NCBI GenBank assembly: GCA_037379345.1
Contig: CM074516.1
Coordinates: 30,541,626-30,605,625 of the forward strand
Direction of reading: 5' to 3'
DNA from: Perna viridis
Lineage: Eukaryota
Length of the DNA stretch: 64,000 nt
Each line of letters starts with the position of its first letter. Position 1 is the first letter of the stretch. Shown in pieces: positions 39,492 through 53,400 of the stretch. The translations under genes were made by a program, and so were the position numbers. The notes below the pieces were generated by a model. That model was not told where the DNA came from, ran no database searches, and worked only from the letters and a program-made list of their open reading frames with translations.

Positions 39492-39662
39492 AATGGTGTC
39501 ACAACATGTCATAAAAAGTCATGTGACTGCTCTGCTCCTGATGTTGACCTCGAATGTTGTCGTCATTGTGATGAGAAATCTAAATGCCAACATCAACTTG
39601 TATCAACATACCTCAACCATGGACAGAAATGGGTGTTTCAATGTCAGACTTGTGAATGTTTG
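39492..39662 (+). CDS. NELL: NELL-like exon, VWC domains
   Basis: attag| ... TTG|gtaagt, 171 nt, phase 0-0; NGVTTCHKKSCDCSAPDVDLECCRHCDEKSKCQHQLVSTYLNHGQKWVFQCQTCECL. Confidence 0.92.
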
Positions 39663-39818
39663 GTAAGTATAGACATAAAATACCAATGGACTAGTGTAAA
39701 AGTTCCTTGTAACTATAGTTATCTTAAAACATCCAAAATTTGGGGATTATGTGTGCTGTTTATTTCTTTTTTATCTTTGAATATTGTTGTTTTCATATTT
39801 TCTGTTTGATTTTATCAG

Positions 39819-40055
39819 GATGGTGAAATAGACTGCTGGCCAGTGACATGCCCAACATTAGCCTGTCATGTGACTGTCCAGGAACCTGAGGACTGTTGTC
39901 CACGATGTGTTGATGATAATCCATGTCTGTCTCTAACCCATGATGTTGGAGGAACAGACAACTCTGCATTGACATGTCTGTATGAAGGACACAGATATAT
40001 TCATGGGGATCAGTGGTTCCTCAGAGAGGATTCGTGCACAGCTTGTGAATGCAAG
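39819..40055 (+). CDS. NELL: NELL-like exon, VWC domains
   Basis: atcag| ... AAG|gtaaga, 237 nt; DGEIDCWPVTCPTLACHVTVQEPEDCCPRCVDDNPC...CLYEGHRYIHGDQWFLREDSCTACECK. Confidence 0.93.
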
Positions 40056-40419
40056 GTAAGAAAGATCTAGGAAAAACTTAATTGTCAAAATTCTTTTATT
40101 TTTCCTCATAACATTGCATGTTTTCCTTCATTACAAAATAAAGTATAGGTCAATATAAGTTTGCTTAAGTATTTAGTGTGCTTTGATGGATTTTAGGGAA
40201 ACTTGCACAGATTGAAGCTTGAGGGACATTGAAGACTTCTATTGATTTATGAGGCCAGTGGATCATTTATTATGGTCACAATCAGGGTGTATCACCCAGT
40301 GAGGTTACATACTGTTCTAGTTATTTCTATTTCCGTTTTATGTATTGAAAAACCAGAAAAAATGTACTTACAATTAATGAAACTTTATCATATTTTTTAC
40401 ACTTTTTTTCACTTTTTAG

Positions 40420-40515
40420 GTTGGCCATATCTGCTGTCTGTTTAACCACACCTGTACCTCTCTACCTGACCAGTACCATGACAAAGTCACCTTTGACCCT
40501 TATTATATACCTTAG
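40420..40515 (+). CDS. NELL: NELL-like last coding exon
   Basis: tttag|GTT; VGHICCLFNHTCTSLPDQYHDKVTFDPYYIP-TAG; matches the NELL C-terminal xGHICC motif. Confidence 0.9.
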   Translation, partial: VGHICCLFNHTCTSLPDQYHDKVTFDPYYIP

Positions 40516-40774
40516 TTTGAAGTTTCCTTTATGAACTGACATCTATTTAAATGCATGAAATCACTGGCACTTCATACAGATCATCTTCTATTCTACTGCA
40601 ATACATAAGAGAAGTAATGTAGAAACTATTGTTGTAGAAGTCTTGTCCATGTAGTGTTGAATGTATACTATAGGTATATTTACAAGTATGTTGTCTCTGT
40701 CATAATGCTATTTGAACTATATTAGCTTGACCATTTCAACAATTTAGAAAGTCTGATAATATTAGATGAAGATA

Positions 40775-41049
40775 TATACTAATGACTGAGTATAGCCATG
40801 TTATAAGTTAAATAATAGTTATACTAATGATTGAGTATAGCCACATTATAAGTTAGATAATTGTTATACTAATGATTTAGTATAGCCACATTGTAAGTTA
40901 GATAATTGTTATACTAATGATTGAGTATAGCCACATTGTAAGTTAGATAATTGTTATACTAATGATTGAGTATAGCCACATTGTAAGTTAGATAATTGTT
41001 ATACTAATGATTGAGTATAGCCACATTGTAAGTTAAATAAGTGTTATAC
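40775..41049. repeat. 45-bp tandem repeat x6 downstream of the NELL stop codon
   Basis: Unit TATACTAATGATTGAGTATAGCCACATTGTAAGTTAGATAATTGT. Confidence 0.93.
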
Positions 41050-43784
41050 CATATTATAGAGATAGAATACCATTTAACAAGAATTTGTTGTTAAGCTAAA
41101 TTTTCAGGATTTTCTCTGAGACATTGGGTAATACAGAAAATAAAAACTGATGAAATCTTAGTTTTAATATTTTAGAGTAACAAATATTCCTCCATCTTAT
41201 AGTCTATGAAAAGTGAAAATAAAAATTAATACCTCAATTTGAGAACAATCATGAAATTAAGTACCCATAACAATGATCTGTTATATGATATTTATTAAGT
41301 ACAATGTACAATGTACTACCTTCATTGTTGTCATTGTTCAAAACTGTGAAACCGATTGTGGACATGAGTATTGTTTACATATGCTGTACATATCACATAC
41401 ATGAAATAGTATAGAGCAGTATTGTATACATGAAAAATGCATAATTGTAAATTGTAAACTACATGTATATGAAAGGGGTGGTAAAGGGGTATCTGTGAAT
41501 GAAAATGTGAAATGCCTGAAAAATGTATGAAAAATACAAATCCTGAAACACCAAGCATGAGAATAAACTTTCAGCCAGAAATCAATATATCTACATGTTT
41601 TTCTAGGGATTCTAGCTCTTGGGATTTACTTGAATTTTTTTTGGTTCAAGTTAAAAACTGCACCAAATATCAGACCGGGTACCAAAATCAGATACTTGGA
41701 AGTTAATTAGGAGAAACGAGGAAACATAAATCCGTGCAAACACATTAATGTGAACAATAAAATATTGAGATGAACAGAACAACCCAAAATAATCCTTTAC
41801 CACCCTCTATGAAGTAATTTACTCTACCTAAATTTTTTTGGAGACAGATGTTTTCAAATTTTCAAATTATTCTCACTTTCAGATCCGACATATTTGTTAC
41901 CTATTTAGATGGATTGCACTCTGGTTGTGTGTCACGGGTAGATTTTAAGGTTTAAGTGGTTGTATATTGAACTTTTTCTAGATATTTTGTTATTTTACAG
42001 ACTAGTTTGTATTTGATTGTATTTTACCAGAGTTTTAGTGTTTTGGTACATATCATGTTGATTTTTAGGTTTACAACTTAAATGAGATTTCTGTTGCAAG
42101 TTTTAGTTAGAAAGATTTTAATATTGGTGACAATATTTTGGTAGTATTTTTACTATTTGATGAGATTAAGGGTTAGATATTCTATAAAAGTTGATTTGTT
42201 TGCGGATTGTTAAGATACTTGTTACAATTAGAAAGAAAATGATTGTTGTAGGAGTTGGCAATTTCAAAAGAGATTTTACAGTTGAACTTGAGATTTTTAT
42301 ACATGTATTAGAATTACTATTGTATAGCTTACTTGTATTTTTGTACATACCATTTGAGATTTTTGCCTTTGATCAGTGATGTTTTTAAGGATGTTTTTGC
42401 CAGTATTTGTAAGGATATGTGATTTCTAATCACTCTTTAAGAACTTGTCATGTTATGTGATTGGCTGATTGACCAAGAAAAAAAATGCTTTAAACAAAAG
42501 TATAAAATTGTAGTCAATTTTAGGCGGTAGACCTAGGGTAAGGGACATAACTCATGAAATCAGTGATTTGTTTGCATCATACTCAATGTCACCAAAGCCT
42601 CTCAAGCTTTCGTTTGAAGCAGAATAAAATGAATCCAAGTTAATTAGATGCTTACATAAGATTGATGTAAAATGCTGAATACAAACGTTCTTCCAATGAT
42701 TTTGAAGAGTTGGGTCCCTTACCCTAGGGCTACCTCCTTAAATGTAGACTAAATATTAATGCCATGTTAGGCTATTCAAATGTAAATTCTTGGTTCCTAG
42801 GCCAACTGTCATGAAAAGAGTGAAATTGATCGCAAACTCTTGAGGGCTAGAAAAATGATGCAAAAGACTTTTTTCTTTGAACTTTATTGATAATTCAATA
42901 CAATTGGGTAGTGAGACAAACCTTTAAAGAGGAAAGGCGAAACTGTGCACCAAGAAATTATTTTTGTTGGCTTTTTGAGATTTTATTAATGTTGCTTTTG
43001 TGTCATCTTGTCCAATGTGTTTAAACTGCTAAAAAGTTATGTCACCAAACTATTATTAGTCAACTGAATATTTTGAAATTATAAATGTATTCAACATATT
43101 ACATTTGTTATTAGCAGAGCATGACTTAGCTTCATATAACAATTGTAAAGATCGTGTATTGGTAATGAAAATGTCGTGCAACTTGCATAAATGATTTTCT
43201 TGCATTCTATTTGTAATTAACAGAGTGTATTATGAGGAAATAAATTTTGTGACTGAATTGGAATCATAAGTACTAAACACAATTTTTTTCAGAACTTATC
43301 AACTAGGTAAATTTACTTTATGTCCATTACATTCACCAAGTTTTTTAGCAACCTATACTATAGGTATAGTTTAATTCAAAACTTCCAAGAAAATTGCACT
43401 CATTAATTACTATATTGAATATGCAGTTGTCAGCCAAAAAAAATCAAAATTAATAAATATGTATGAAAACTAATCTTGTATAAAATCATCAAACAAGAAA
43501 ATTATAAACAGAAATGTAAAGATTTTTATCTTTATGCATTATTAGTATTGTCACAGTAGTTAAGTCACATATATTGTGACTGACCAGTAAATGATCTATG
43601 CATATTCTTTCATTTTTTATGTTTTAGATAATTCACATGAAATATTTTGTAATAAGTGTTATACAAATATACAAAAAAATATTATCAAAGTTTTCGGCCT
43701 TCAATCAAATTATATTCTATGCAATTGCTATGTACATGTATTTTACCTTTCTTTACCTGTAACAGCATTATTCTACGCCTTCTT

Positions 43785-44573
43785 TGAAGTACCAGTCCAT
43801 AGAAAATTCAGATACTGCCAATGGTACCAGGTGATTCATGGAAAAAGACCTACCCAACAAACAATGCTTTTGCAATCTACATATACCACATTTGTAACTG
43901 TTGTCTTTTCTGTAAACTGATCTGTTTATGCATTTATCTCCCCTTAAATCAAGAAAGATAACTCTTGCAAAGTACTAAGGTCTCACTAACCACTTCTGGG
44001 TCAAATGGCCACCCCCCTATGTAGTACCAAAAACACACTGAACCTAGACATATGCATTGTAAGTGCATTATTTGTGTGTATTATGATTAAAAGTAGTCAA
44101 AATAAAGCTGAGAATGTGTACTTTAAAATCATATATGTAATTAACTACAAAAGTGTATGAATATTGTTTACATGTGTGAGTAATATGCCTCCATGCTGTC
44201 AGTTAGCAGAACAGGTAAAAATGTGGATTTTCAGTATTATTTATTCAAGTAAATTTTGTGAAGAATTTCTACTATCATTGTACCATTAGCATAATGATTT
44301 TGGAAGCCTTATTTTCCAAGCTTCGCAACAGTATGCAGCTTTAAGATGTCATTTGTCCTGGGAATTCACAGTGAGACTTTGAAAATTACTTTTTTAACAT
44401 GTAAAGTAATGGAAACATTAGAAGTGGTTAGTGAGACCTGATTTCATGTATGCAACAATCAAATGACAAACTAAGACGTAAGTAAATGTGTAACCGTTTC
44501 AAAAGTTAATTTGGTTGGTTTTTGACATGCATGAATCACCTTCAGTCTGATTTTCATAAAGGCTGCTACTTGT
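43785..44573 (+). mobile_element. Family B MITE copy 3, interrupted by a nested element
   Basis: Matches 35940-36341 on both sides of 43979-44438. Confidence 0.72.
43979..44438. mobile_element. 460 bp MITE with perfect 19-bp TIRs (Harbinger/Tourist-like by inference)
   Basis: GGTCTCACTAACCACTTCT ... AGAAGTGGTTAGTGAGACC, flanked by taa/tga; the uninterrupted copy 2 reads ctga at the equivalent site. Confidence 0.8.
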
Positions 44574-47500
44574 ACCCTATGCATTTTATGTCAGTTTTTA
44601 ACTTTTTGAAGACAGCTTTACATTTGCAAGAATAAATATGCATATGTATTTTAATTCTTTATGAGTTTTGAATATTTTTTAACATAATTGTATATACATT
44701 GTATTAGGGGCAAGGTTTTATTGGTTGAAGAAAAAATTAAGGTTTAGAAAATGAAATAAAAACTTGCTCTGTCACCAAAGCAAATGAGGAACTTCTTTCC
44801 ATTTTGCGTGTCATGTGTTTTAAGGCAACAGTTTATTTAATTAACCAAACTTTCTTAGAAAATGTTTGCTATGACTGCCAATAGTCAGTGTGGTTATAGT
44901 TATATGTCCCTTGTCCAGCTGTCAGGTCCTTAATTTTACTGTTGTATATATTTGGGATTCCAAAAAAGTCTCAAATTGAGAATTTTTTCAAATTGATGAG
45001 CATTTTAACCAATCTGATTGGTCAAGATTTGAGTTCAGGAAGGATTGAAGGAAAATCTTGTATTGAGATTTTTTAGGAAATTGATCCCTGTCATGAAAAA
45101 TTTTATCATTTAAAATATGGGAACAACATTCATTTTTTTTTTCTGTTGTTGCAACAAAACTTTGTCATTACGAGATATAATGGTAGTTTTAGTACACCTT
45201 AGTTACATGCAAAAGAACATCCAAGAGTTAAAGAAACATTTCTCCAAGAAGCAACTCATTTTCTAAGTCCTAATTTGTTCCAGTTTTAATCAGTACCTTG
45301 TTTAGTGGAGCTGTAAAAATATTTGTACTTCCATGTAATATTTATATCTACATATTGTACAGCTTATATTTATCTACTACATGTACATGTATTCATAGCA
45401 TTGTGTTGTGAGTTTACAGACCTATTTATAGATATAGGTAGTCAATGATATTGTATGTTAATAAATGTTGTATCTTTATTGTTTATGCACCATTGTAGAA
45501 CATATCAGTTTTTTTCCTTGTTACATTGTTTCTCTAAGGTTTGTAGACCGTCCTACCTCTGTCTTTGAAAGGTAGATTAGTTTAGCAACTGACCTATGTA
45601 TTCATAGTAGAGTTATCTCCCTTGCAATAAGTATAGATGAAAACATGGCTTCTGATACATGTTATACTATGCATAAAACTGCTTCTTTTCAGAAAATTAA
45701 TTAGAGTCTAACAATGTGAAGTTTGTTATATCTAGTTGATAAACAGCACTATTCCTATGTCTCCAACAACACACATATTAGGTACTGTTAAGAAGTAATT
45801 ACATAAAGTCTGAATTATGAATTTTGTTACTCGTTATACCCCCTCGTAGGTTGATCCAAAGGGGATCCTAGGGTGCCTGGATTATGCTTGAAAATTTTGG
45901 TTGATTACTGGTATCTAGCAAATCACTGGAAGTAACTGAAACAGGACCCCTCCTCCCCCTTCTTCAGAAAGCTTAAAATTTGTTAAAATGTTTTATAAAA
46001 AGAATGTTACATAAAAAGTATTCTTCCTTAATTCTTCTCATATCAAAAAATGACCACATTTTTAAACATTGCCATTCATTTTTTGTTTTGTTTTTTTTTT
46101 TTAATTACTAAGTCATTTATCAGGATTGACGTCAAACTAGCACTTTTATGTAGTGCACTTGATGGAATTTTCCATTACCCCCTTCAACTTTGCCCTAATA
46201 TTTGGCCTTACAAATAATACACAGAATTTAAACAGTTTAAATGTCTAAATATAATTTCATGGTGATTACTAAAAGACAAATAATGATCAAGTTTAAAAAC
46301 TTCAATATAAGTCTTTTGTAAAGCAAGTTTAGAATTAAAACTCTATATACAAGACGAGTGTCAGATAGGTAGAAGGTTCAATTTAAATCCTTTTGGACAG
46401 GTATAAACCCTGGCATGGTAAAATATTACTGATAAATATTGGATTTCATAAGTATATATTGTAACTTATCCGAATTTCTGGTAATTTGTGCTGTAAACAT
46501 AATTTATGTTTTAAGTTCCTTGTAGTGCTTCATTATATATACTATCAGATGATTGATATAAGTTTACCGGTTATTTTCTAGCACAATATTCAATAGATGG
46601 AATGACCAAACTGGCTCAGCCATTTGTGATAAACCCTACCAAGTCGCCAAAACTGAAACCCTTTCTGTTACCAGAATATCAGTTCAACTCTTTAAATACC
46701 TTTCTTGCAAGTTCTTTAATTCTTTATATCATTATACTATACTCCATGCCTAATTCTTAGAAACAGCAATAGTGTCCTGGTATGTTTAAAGATTGGTAAC
46801 AGGTCAAGTTATGTTTTGTTTACTAATCCTTTTTTGATCCATGAAAGAAATAATTGGAATAATTAGGGTTACTTTGATTAAATTATGATTTCATTGAAAT
46901 GATGTGTATGTAACTTAGGAATGGATTAGTTTTAACTACTTTTACTTTCATTACAGACAAATTTAGAAGGAAGCCTTTTAGCCTCATGTTATGAAAGAAT
47001 GACTGTGACCTAAGAAAATAATTCCAAGACTGATCTTGATATAGAAACTTTGTTGCCTGTTTTACCCTTTTTTTCCAAAATTCTACCCCGGTTGACATTT
47101 AACATTTTTGAGTCACTTAAGGTGTTAAAATATTGTTATAAGGATTTAAAAATTGAACTTGGTTTTCACTTTTAACTTGACTTTGGTGCTACTTGAGTAT
47201 TTTTCTTCCATAAAGGGAGGTAATTCACTATTTTATGTCATTTCTCATGTTTATTGTATTTGCTTTTAACCTCACTAAATGCAATTAAAACTCTATGCTT
47301 TAAAGCCTATATTAAGCTTGATATTTACCTACTTATTCAACATTAAAGTTGTGTAAACTGTTATGGCCCTCTTAACAAACATAACATCTGTCAGAATCAG
47401 GTTTATGTTAAAACAATTTCTCCAAAAAAAAAAAACACAAAACTTAGTCAAATATACTTTGCCTTTTCATTATGTTAATTAGAGGAATTTATAATTGTAT

Positions 47501-50267
47501 GGTTCACTGTACAATTCTCTTCCAAATGTTAAACAGGACAACAGTGTCTATTTGACATTTTTTCTTTCTTTTGTTTCTGCTTTTTTTGTAATCTTTTTGT
47601 TGATTGCATGTCCAATTATATACCAGTAGGCCCAAAACTCTTTCAATAGGCCCCAAAACTCTTCCAGTAGGCCCCAAAACTCAACAACTCTGTAATCTAA
47701 AAATAGCCTCTTATACCTATAGCCTGTGTAAATAAATAATCTAAATAGAACCTTCACTGTAGTGTCAATCTTTTTACTTAAAGGATTAAAACTTGAGAAT
47801 ATTCTGACCATGGTAGTCGTTGTATCAACTAGCCCCTGTCCAGACAACTTTTTATTTACATATCCTCCCCGATAAATACAAAGATATATTTGAATTGTCT
47901 GAGCTATCAAAATTTGTATTGAAGGGAGATATCAAAATTTATATTGTTGTAGATATCAGACTTGGTTTATCAGAGGATAATCACATGTTTATATCTATAT
48001 TTGACAAATGGCTCTCTAAAGTTTACCTAACCCACAAAATATGTTACTGAGATAGTATTTAAAAGTGAAGTTTTTGATAGAAATATCAGGAACATTTTGC
48101 ACCTCCAATTGAGAAGGAAATAGTGTCTCATTGTTTAAATACATATCTAGCATTGCAGTTTTTCCTGGTTCACTTTGATATTTTATGAAAGTCATATCCT
48201 GTGTCATAAATCAGGTTTTATAACATGATCTTATTGGATCTTATGGTAAAAACTAATGTACACATGCTTACAACAATGAAGAAGTTGAAACTTGTACAGG
48301 AAACATCATGTTTTTTTCTGTTTTGTATCCCTCATCTCATATCTTTTTAATGGATGTACAGTGAAAACTGTCTGAACAAAACCGTAAAAATTTGAAAACC
48401 CTTTATATCAGTTTAAATTTATTTTGAACCTTGGTAAACCAAACACTTGTCCATACCACACGGGGTTCAATTTAGACAGGTTTCCCTCTTTTTTTACCAG
48501 GCTTTTTATATAGGAACTGTTTATCTGATGTATGTATTAATTTGTTTTTATGTAAGCTGACTTGTAATAGGTTTGATTGGATTCTTATTTACAATTTCCT
48601 TATTTTTTTACTGACACTGGTATGAAATTATTTGAAAATTTATTTTATTTGTAGATCCTTTGAAAACCATATACCGGTATAATCAATAAAGACCTCTTTT
48701 GAAAATTTCATATTCAAAGTGAAAATACATGTTTCCATTCATTAGAATATAACTTGTTTTCAATTTCCTAGTGGAAATTACAAGTTTTTTTCTCCACAAC
48801 TCTACCAACTTCAATTGTTCTATATAATAGATCTCTAAGCATTGCCATATCTGTGTAACTAATAGATGTTTTACTTATTGAAGTCAATATTGACTTTTTT
48901 TTAGTTTTAGTGCCTTTATTACTGTTTATATTGAAACTTTATATATTTTCTAAGCTTTAGAAAAAAATGGATTGAAAATTTTTAGAACAATGCTTTTGTC
49001 ACTAATGTAACTGAAGATCTTATTGATTACAGAACTCTGCCTATTTATAGGTATACTAGGAAATATTGGATGGATTTCTATAGTGTGGAATTGGGTTTTA
49101 AGGACTTGATGGGAAATTATTTAGAATAAAACTTGTGTATATTTCATATTGCAATGGGTTGAGCATTTTAAATATGTCAGTTAGTAAGATATCTTACAAT
49201 TTTAATCTGCACGACCAATTTGATGTGCCATTTTATGAATCCAGGCCATGTTTTCTAGTATGCTTTTTTGTAGCTTATGGTGCATATGTTAGCATATTTT
49301 GTATATAGTTAATACATGTTTATAGCTGGTATGTTTTTATAGCTTATATGAATTTATAGTTTTAATGAATTTTGTAACTGTTGCTGTCTTGTTAATCCTA
49401 GATTAGAAATAAAGTATTGGTATTGTATAAAAGTATACATGTTTACATAAGGCAGATTCAGGGGTTAAGGGATTCCAGATAAAGGGGGGATTTCATGTTA
49501 CTGTTTGCTTGTTATTGCCCAAAGTTTGCGTGAAAGTAACATTTTCCAACAAATGGCAAGGTGATCAAACCCCAAGAACCCCTGCATCCACTACTGAAAT
49601 CAATCCTTGTTGGCAACTTTTAATCATTCTATTCAAATAAGAGAGAGAGAGCAAATTGTGGTAATCCCAGTGGTTTCTGGAAAATTTAAAAGTTCTGTAT
49701 CTACTCTCATTTATTAATACATTTTCAAAGAACTAACATATTTCACTTATGAAAATTTGAAGATGACATTATTATTTCTCCATCATATGACTGTACCAAT
49801 ATGAACAGTTGGTGTTTCCCCTCTATGCACTGCAATATTTTTAAGAGTTAATTTACAGACAAATATCCTGTCACTTTGAGATAAAAATCATTGGTGTCTC
49901 CAAGAGAAACATTTATGATGAATTAATTGTTCATTTAAGATATGGTCTATAAATTTTTGATGTCCTTCAACTTTTTAGGCCTGCAAAGTTGTTAAATTGT
50001 ACTGAATTGCTGCAGTTGACAGTTAAAAGTAAGCTCTTCATTTAAATATGAATATACTCTTAAAAATATAGTTTTTTAAATCCAGATATTAGACATAAGT
50101 GTATATAGACCCGTAGGTAGTCTATATAGATGTTTGTCAATGTGAGCTGTATATCAAAATGGGTTCTTTTTCATAGGGATTTCCCTTTTTATCAATGCAA
50201 AAGACATAAAATAGTTTGATCTAAATCTTTAAAGTGATTTGTGTAAATCTTGTCAATTCTTGTTTAA

Positions 50268-50490
50268 AGAGTAATCAAGGGAACCAAGGTTATAGTGGTA
50301 ATCACAAGAATGTAATCCAGGGACAAAGACCAGACATGGAAAACAGACATACACAACAAAGAACATAAAGTAACTAAAATCATACATACAAAGTAACAAA
50401 AGTAAATGAGCAACTCGGACTCCACTAAAAACTGGGAGCATGGACCAGGTGCACCGGTAGGGTAAGCGTCCTCTGCTTTTCTAGAAACAT
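50268..50490 (-). mobile_element. 3' UTR fragment of the same retroelement; a smaller piece lies at ~62985-63028
   Basis: Reverse-complement match to ~19980-20066; gacatggaaaacagaca.acacaacaaagaacata shared with ~62990. Confidence 0.65.
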
Positions 50491-53400
50491 ATTAAATTAA
50501 AGTATATTTAACTAAAAGAATTTTCAAACCTAATTGATGGATTTTGAAACCAATTATTTTCCTCAAAACCACACATCCTGCAAATAACCAGACATGAAAG
50601 AACAGAAATTGTATATTATGTAATCATACTTTATATATGCAGTTTCTTAATTAATGAAATTTAAGACCCAATGATTGATTCTGCTTTGAGGGCCCCTGGT
50701 GAAAAATAATTGCTGATATACATACAAAAGTACTATACAAGCAGGTGTATAAAAGAGTGATCCTATCACCTCCTCCCATCAACTATCAATTGGTTGCTGA
50801 GGGGGTATTCTAAAGCCACTGTATCAAAGGCATCCTCCTTCCTTATATGTATGCTTACTCACTTCCAAAATTCCTTTTGTAAGCTCTGAAAAGATGTGTC
50901 CAAATAACCAACAGTTCACTGGAATATGAGATATTTGCCTCATGACCATAGGGACAAAGATCAAAAGTAATAAACCGTTTTTCCAAAATTTCATAAAAAT
51001 TTGTTCAATCTCAACTGAGTGATAGACCGACATTTTTAAAATCTTCCCCCCCCCCCCATTTTTTAATGTGTAATTTTCTTCACATCTCGATTTAGATCTC
51101 CATTAGAAGTTTTCAAAATGCTAAAATTGCGTAGGGTTTTAAGTAGAATTTACAGCCGTATAATTGACTATTTGTATTGGTATGGATGTTGGTGTTTAAA
51201 TTATTCAAACTTTAGATGTGATATCTACAAAGAACCAAGAAATTGAACGAAGTTAAATCGATATCAAATTAAAGTTATTCAATTCCTCTTAGGTTTCTCT
51301 GTGATGTGATCGATCTATACTCATGGTTTCTTTTAAATGTAAATACATCCCTAAGTGATTTTGAGTTCAGATCTTTCCTGTCATTGACAGTAGGTGGATG
51401 CTCTGTTTTCTTGTGTTCATTTTTATTGGTACAGAATGGACTACTACATTGATAGTGTGTTTCCTAAAATTATACAGGCAATGCCAAAAGAGATATGCTA
51501 GTTACATGTGCCTATCCCTTTCATTTTGTTTGTGTTACAACAACCCAGCTTGTTTTAGCGACTATTTCGTTAATGAATTACAAGACATTACTGTTAAACA
51601 TCTAAAAACCTAATTCCAATACTTTTATGATATTTTAATTGTTGTATAGAGATTAAAAACAGATATAGGTTGTTCGGACTTAGTAATAATTTCTCCTTGA
51701 TCAATGTTCGTATTACAAATATTTAAGTAGTTTGCACCCCTTGGAAACCGTACGTTGAGACTAATTGTAACTTTTGACGACTTTGCACGGAACGTCGTGT
51801 ATTCCCTCGCTCTTTTCGTTATTCAATATGTCTTAATTCGATTAAAGCTTTCAGACGCATAAAATCAATTTCATAAGTATGTTTCTTAAATGGAATATGA
51901 AGTAATAAAAGAATTTGCAAATACATATTGAATAGACATTTGACGACTCCATTGAATGAGATCAATGTACCACGATACGGCTACGTTACTGTTCATCGGG
52001 TGTATATAATGTTGGTGAAATATGTAAAATAACGAATGTCGTCAATAAATTCAAACGTTTTACTATTAGGAGTTCATGGGGCGTTAAAATTTAAACAACT
52101 AAACATCCAATTTAACTACTATAGGCTCATGAAAACCATCCTCGTAAATTTAAACTTAGTTGGGTAAATCGAGGCTTTACTCATAGTGCAGCTCTACTCA
52201 GAGAAAACGCATCAACTGAACATATGAACTGGTCGACGTAACAGGGAGAAACTGGGTTGACTACATTATGTCACCAATCACACCATTTTCAATAACTAGA
52301 ACGCACAAGTTTTGCTTAAAAGCCCAAGAGCTGTGAAAAGGATGGTCTTTACTCTCTAGAGCTCATGAAGCTGCAAAAAAAATACATCTATAAATGGCGG
52401 GAATCCAAGTCCAGATCTGTCAGTTCATATCTCAGTACAGATTTCATTACAAAATTACCGTGTGTTTTATAACAGTTTCAGTTACAGTATTCATCGAGAC
52501 ATAATGGTTATTTTGCATATTATGTAACTAAAATGAAAAGTAATTGCGATTTATCCAACACCACGAGTACACCTTTCACCACGCATAGTGCGCAGCAGGT
52601 TGCATTTGATATTAAATTCAAATGTAAGTTTCTCTACTGATCAGTCGTCTGGAAAATCATACTTTAAGTTTGATCAATTTTGTACAGCATTTACTTAGAA
52701 TATGCCTTTTGAAACTGTTTAGAATACCAGGTGTGTAACCGGATTAAAGTAAAAGAGACACAAGAGCCATTTCATCTCTTCGCATTCTTGGCGGAGGTGG
52801 AGTTAGCATGTCGATCCTTGTTGGTTGGTGTTTCTTATATTATATATACATAGGGATTTATTTAGGATACGATAGAAGTTCATCTGAAACAACTACTCAC
52901 CACTATAGTCAAGTAAAAGTCGTCTATTCTCTGACAATATTTACTCTCAACGTGTTGCTATTGCCATTTTCATGGTGTATTCAGGTGAAGAGTTTGGGAA
53001 TGGGGAAATTTTTTTTTTTTTTGTGATTTCAGATGACTTCACTTCTTCCTCGTAGATTTTGTTTTTTGATAGAAAGTGGAAAACTAGATTTGTATGTACA
53101 GACAATTTCGTACGTTTGGAACAATGCCAAAAGTCTTCTTGGCCCAATACAACCATATACAGTAATACCTAGACTACTAGAAACAAATTAGTTATAGATT
53201 TTTAAATCTATTTGACATTTCAATTATCTATCTGGGACAAACTGTGTCTATAGTTTGGCAAGAACTCCAGGTCTAATCCAATACCCATTTGTTTTAAAAA
53301 TATATAATTGTTTAAACATATATCACATGTTGTTAGGAGTGCATATGTCAGTCAATACTAAAATACTTCATCATTAGATATAATTTGTTGTCAACAAGAA

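Noticed and set aside
46500-48300. Coding-like minus-strand patches (ORFs 46883-47098, 47548-47910, 48016-48207)
   Set aside because: No consistent frame, splice phase or recognisable motif; part of one ORF is a 21-bp triple repeat at ~47623-47682
41100-49420. Exact NELL poly(A) site (e.g. AATAAA at 45460 or ~49408)
   Set aside because: Many AATAAA hexamers occur in AT-rich DNA; one cannot be chosen without transcript data
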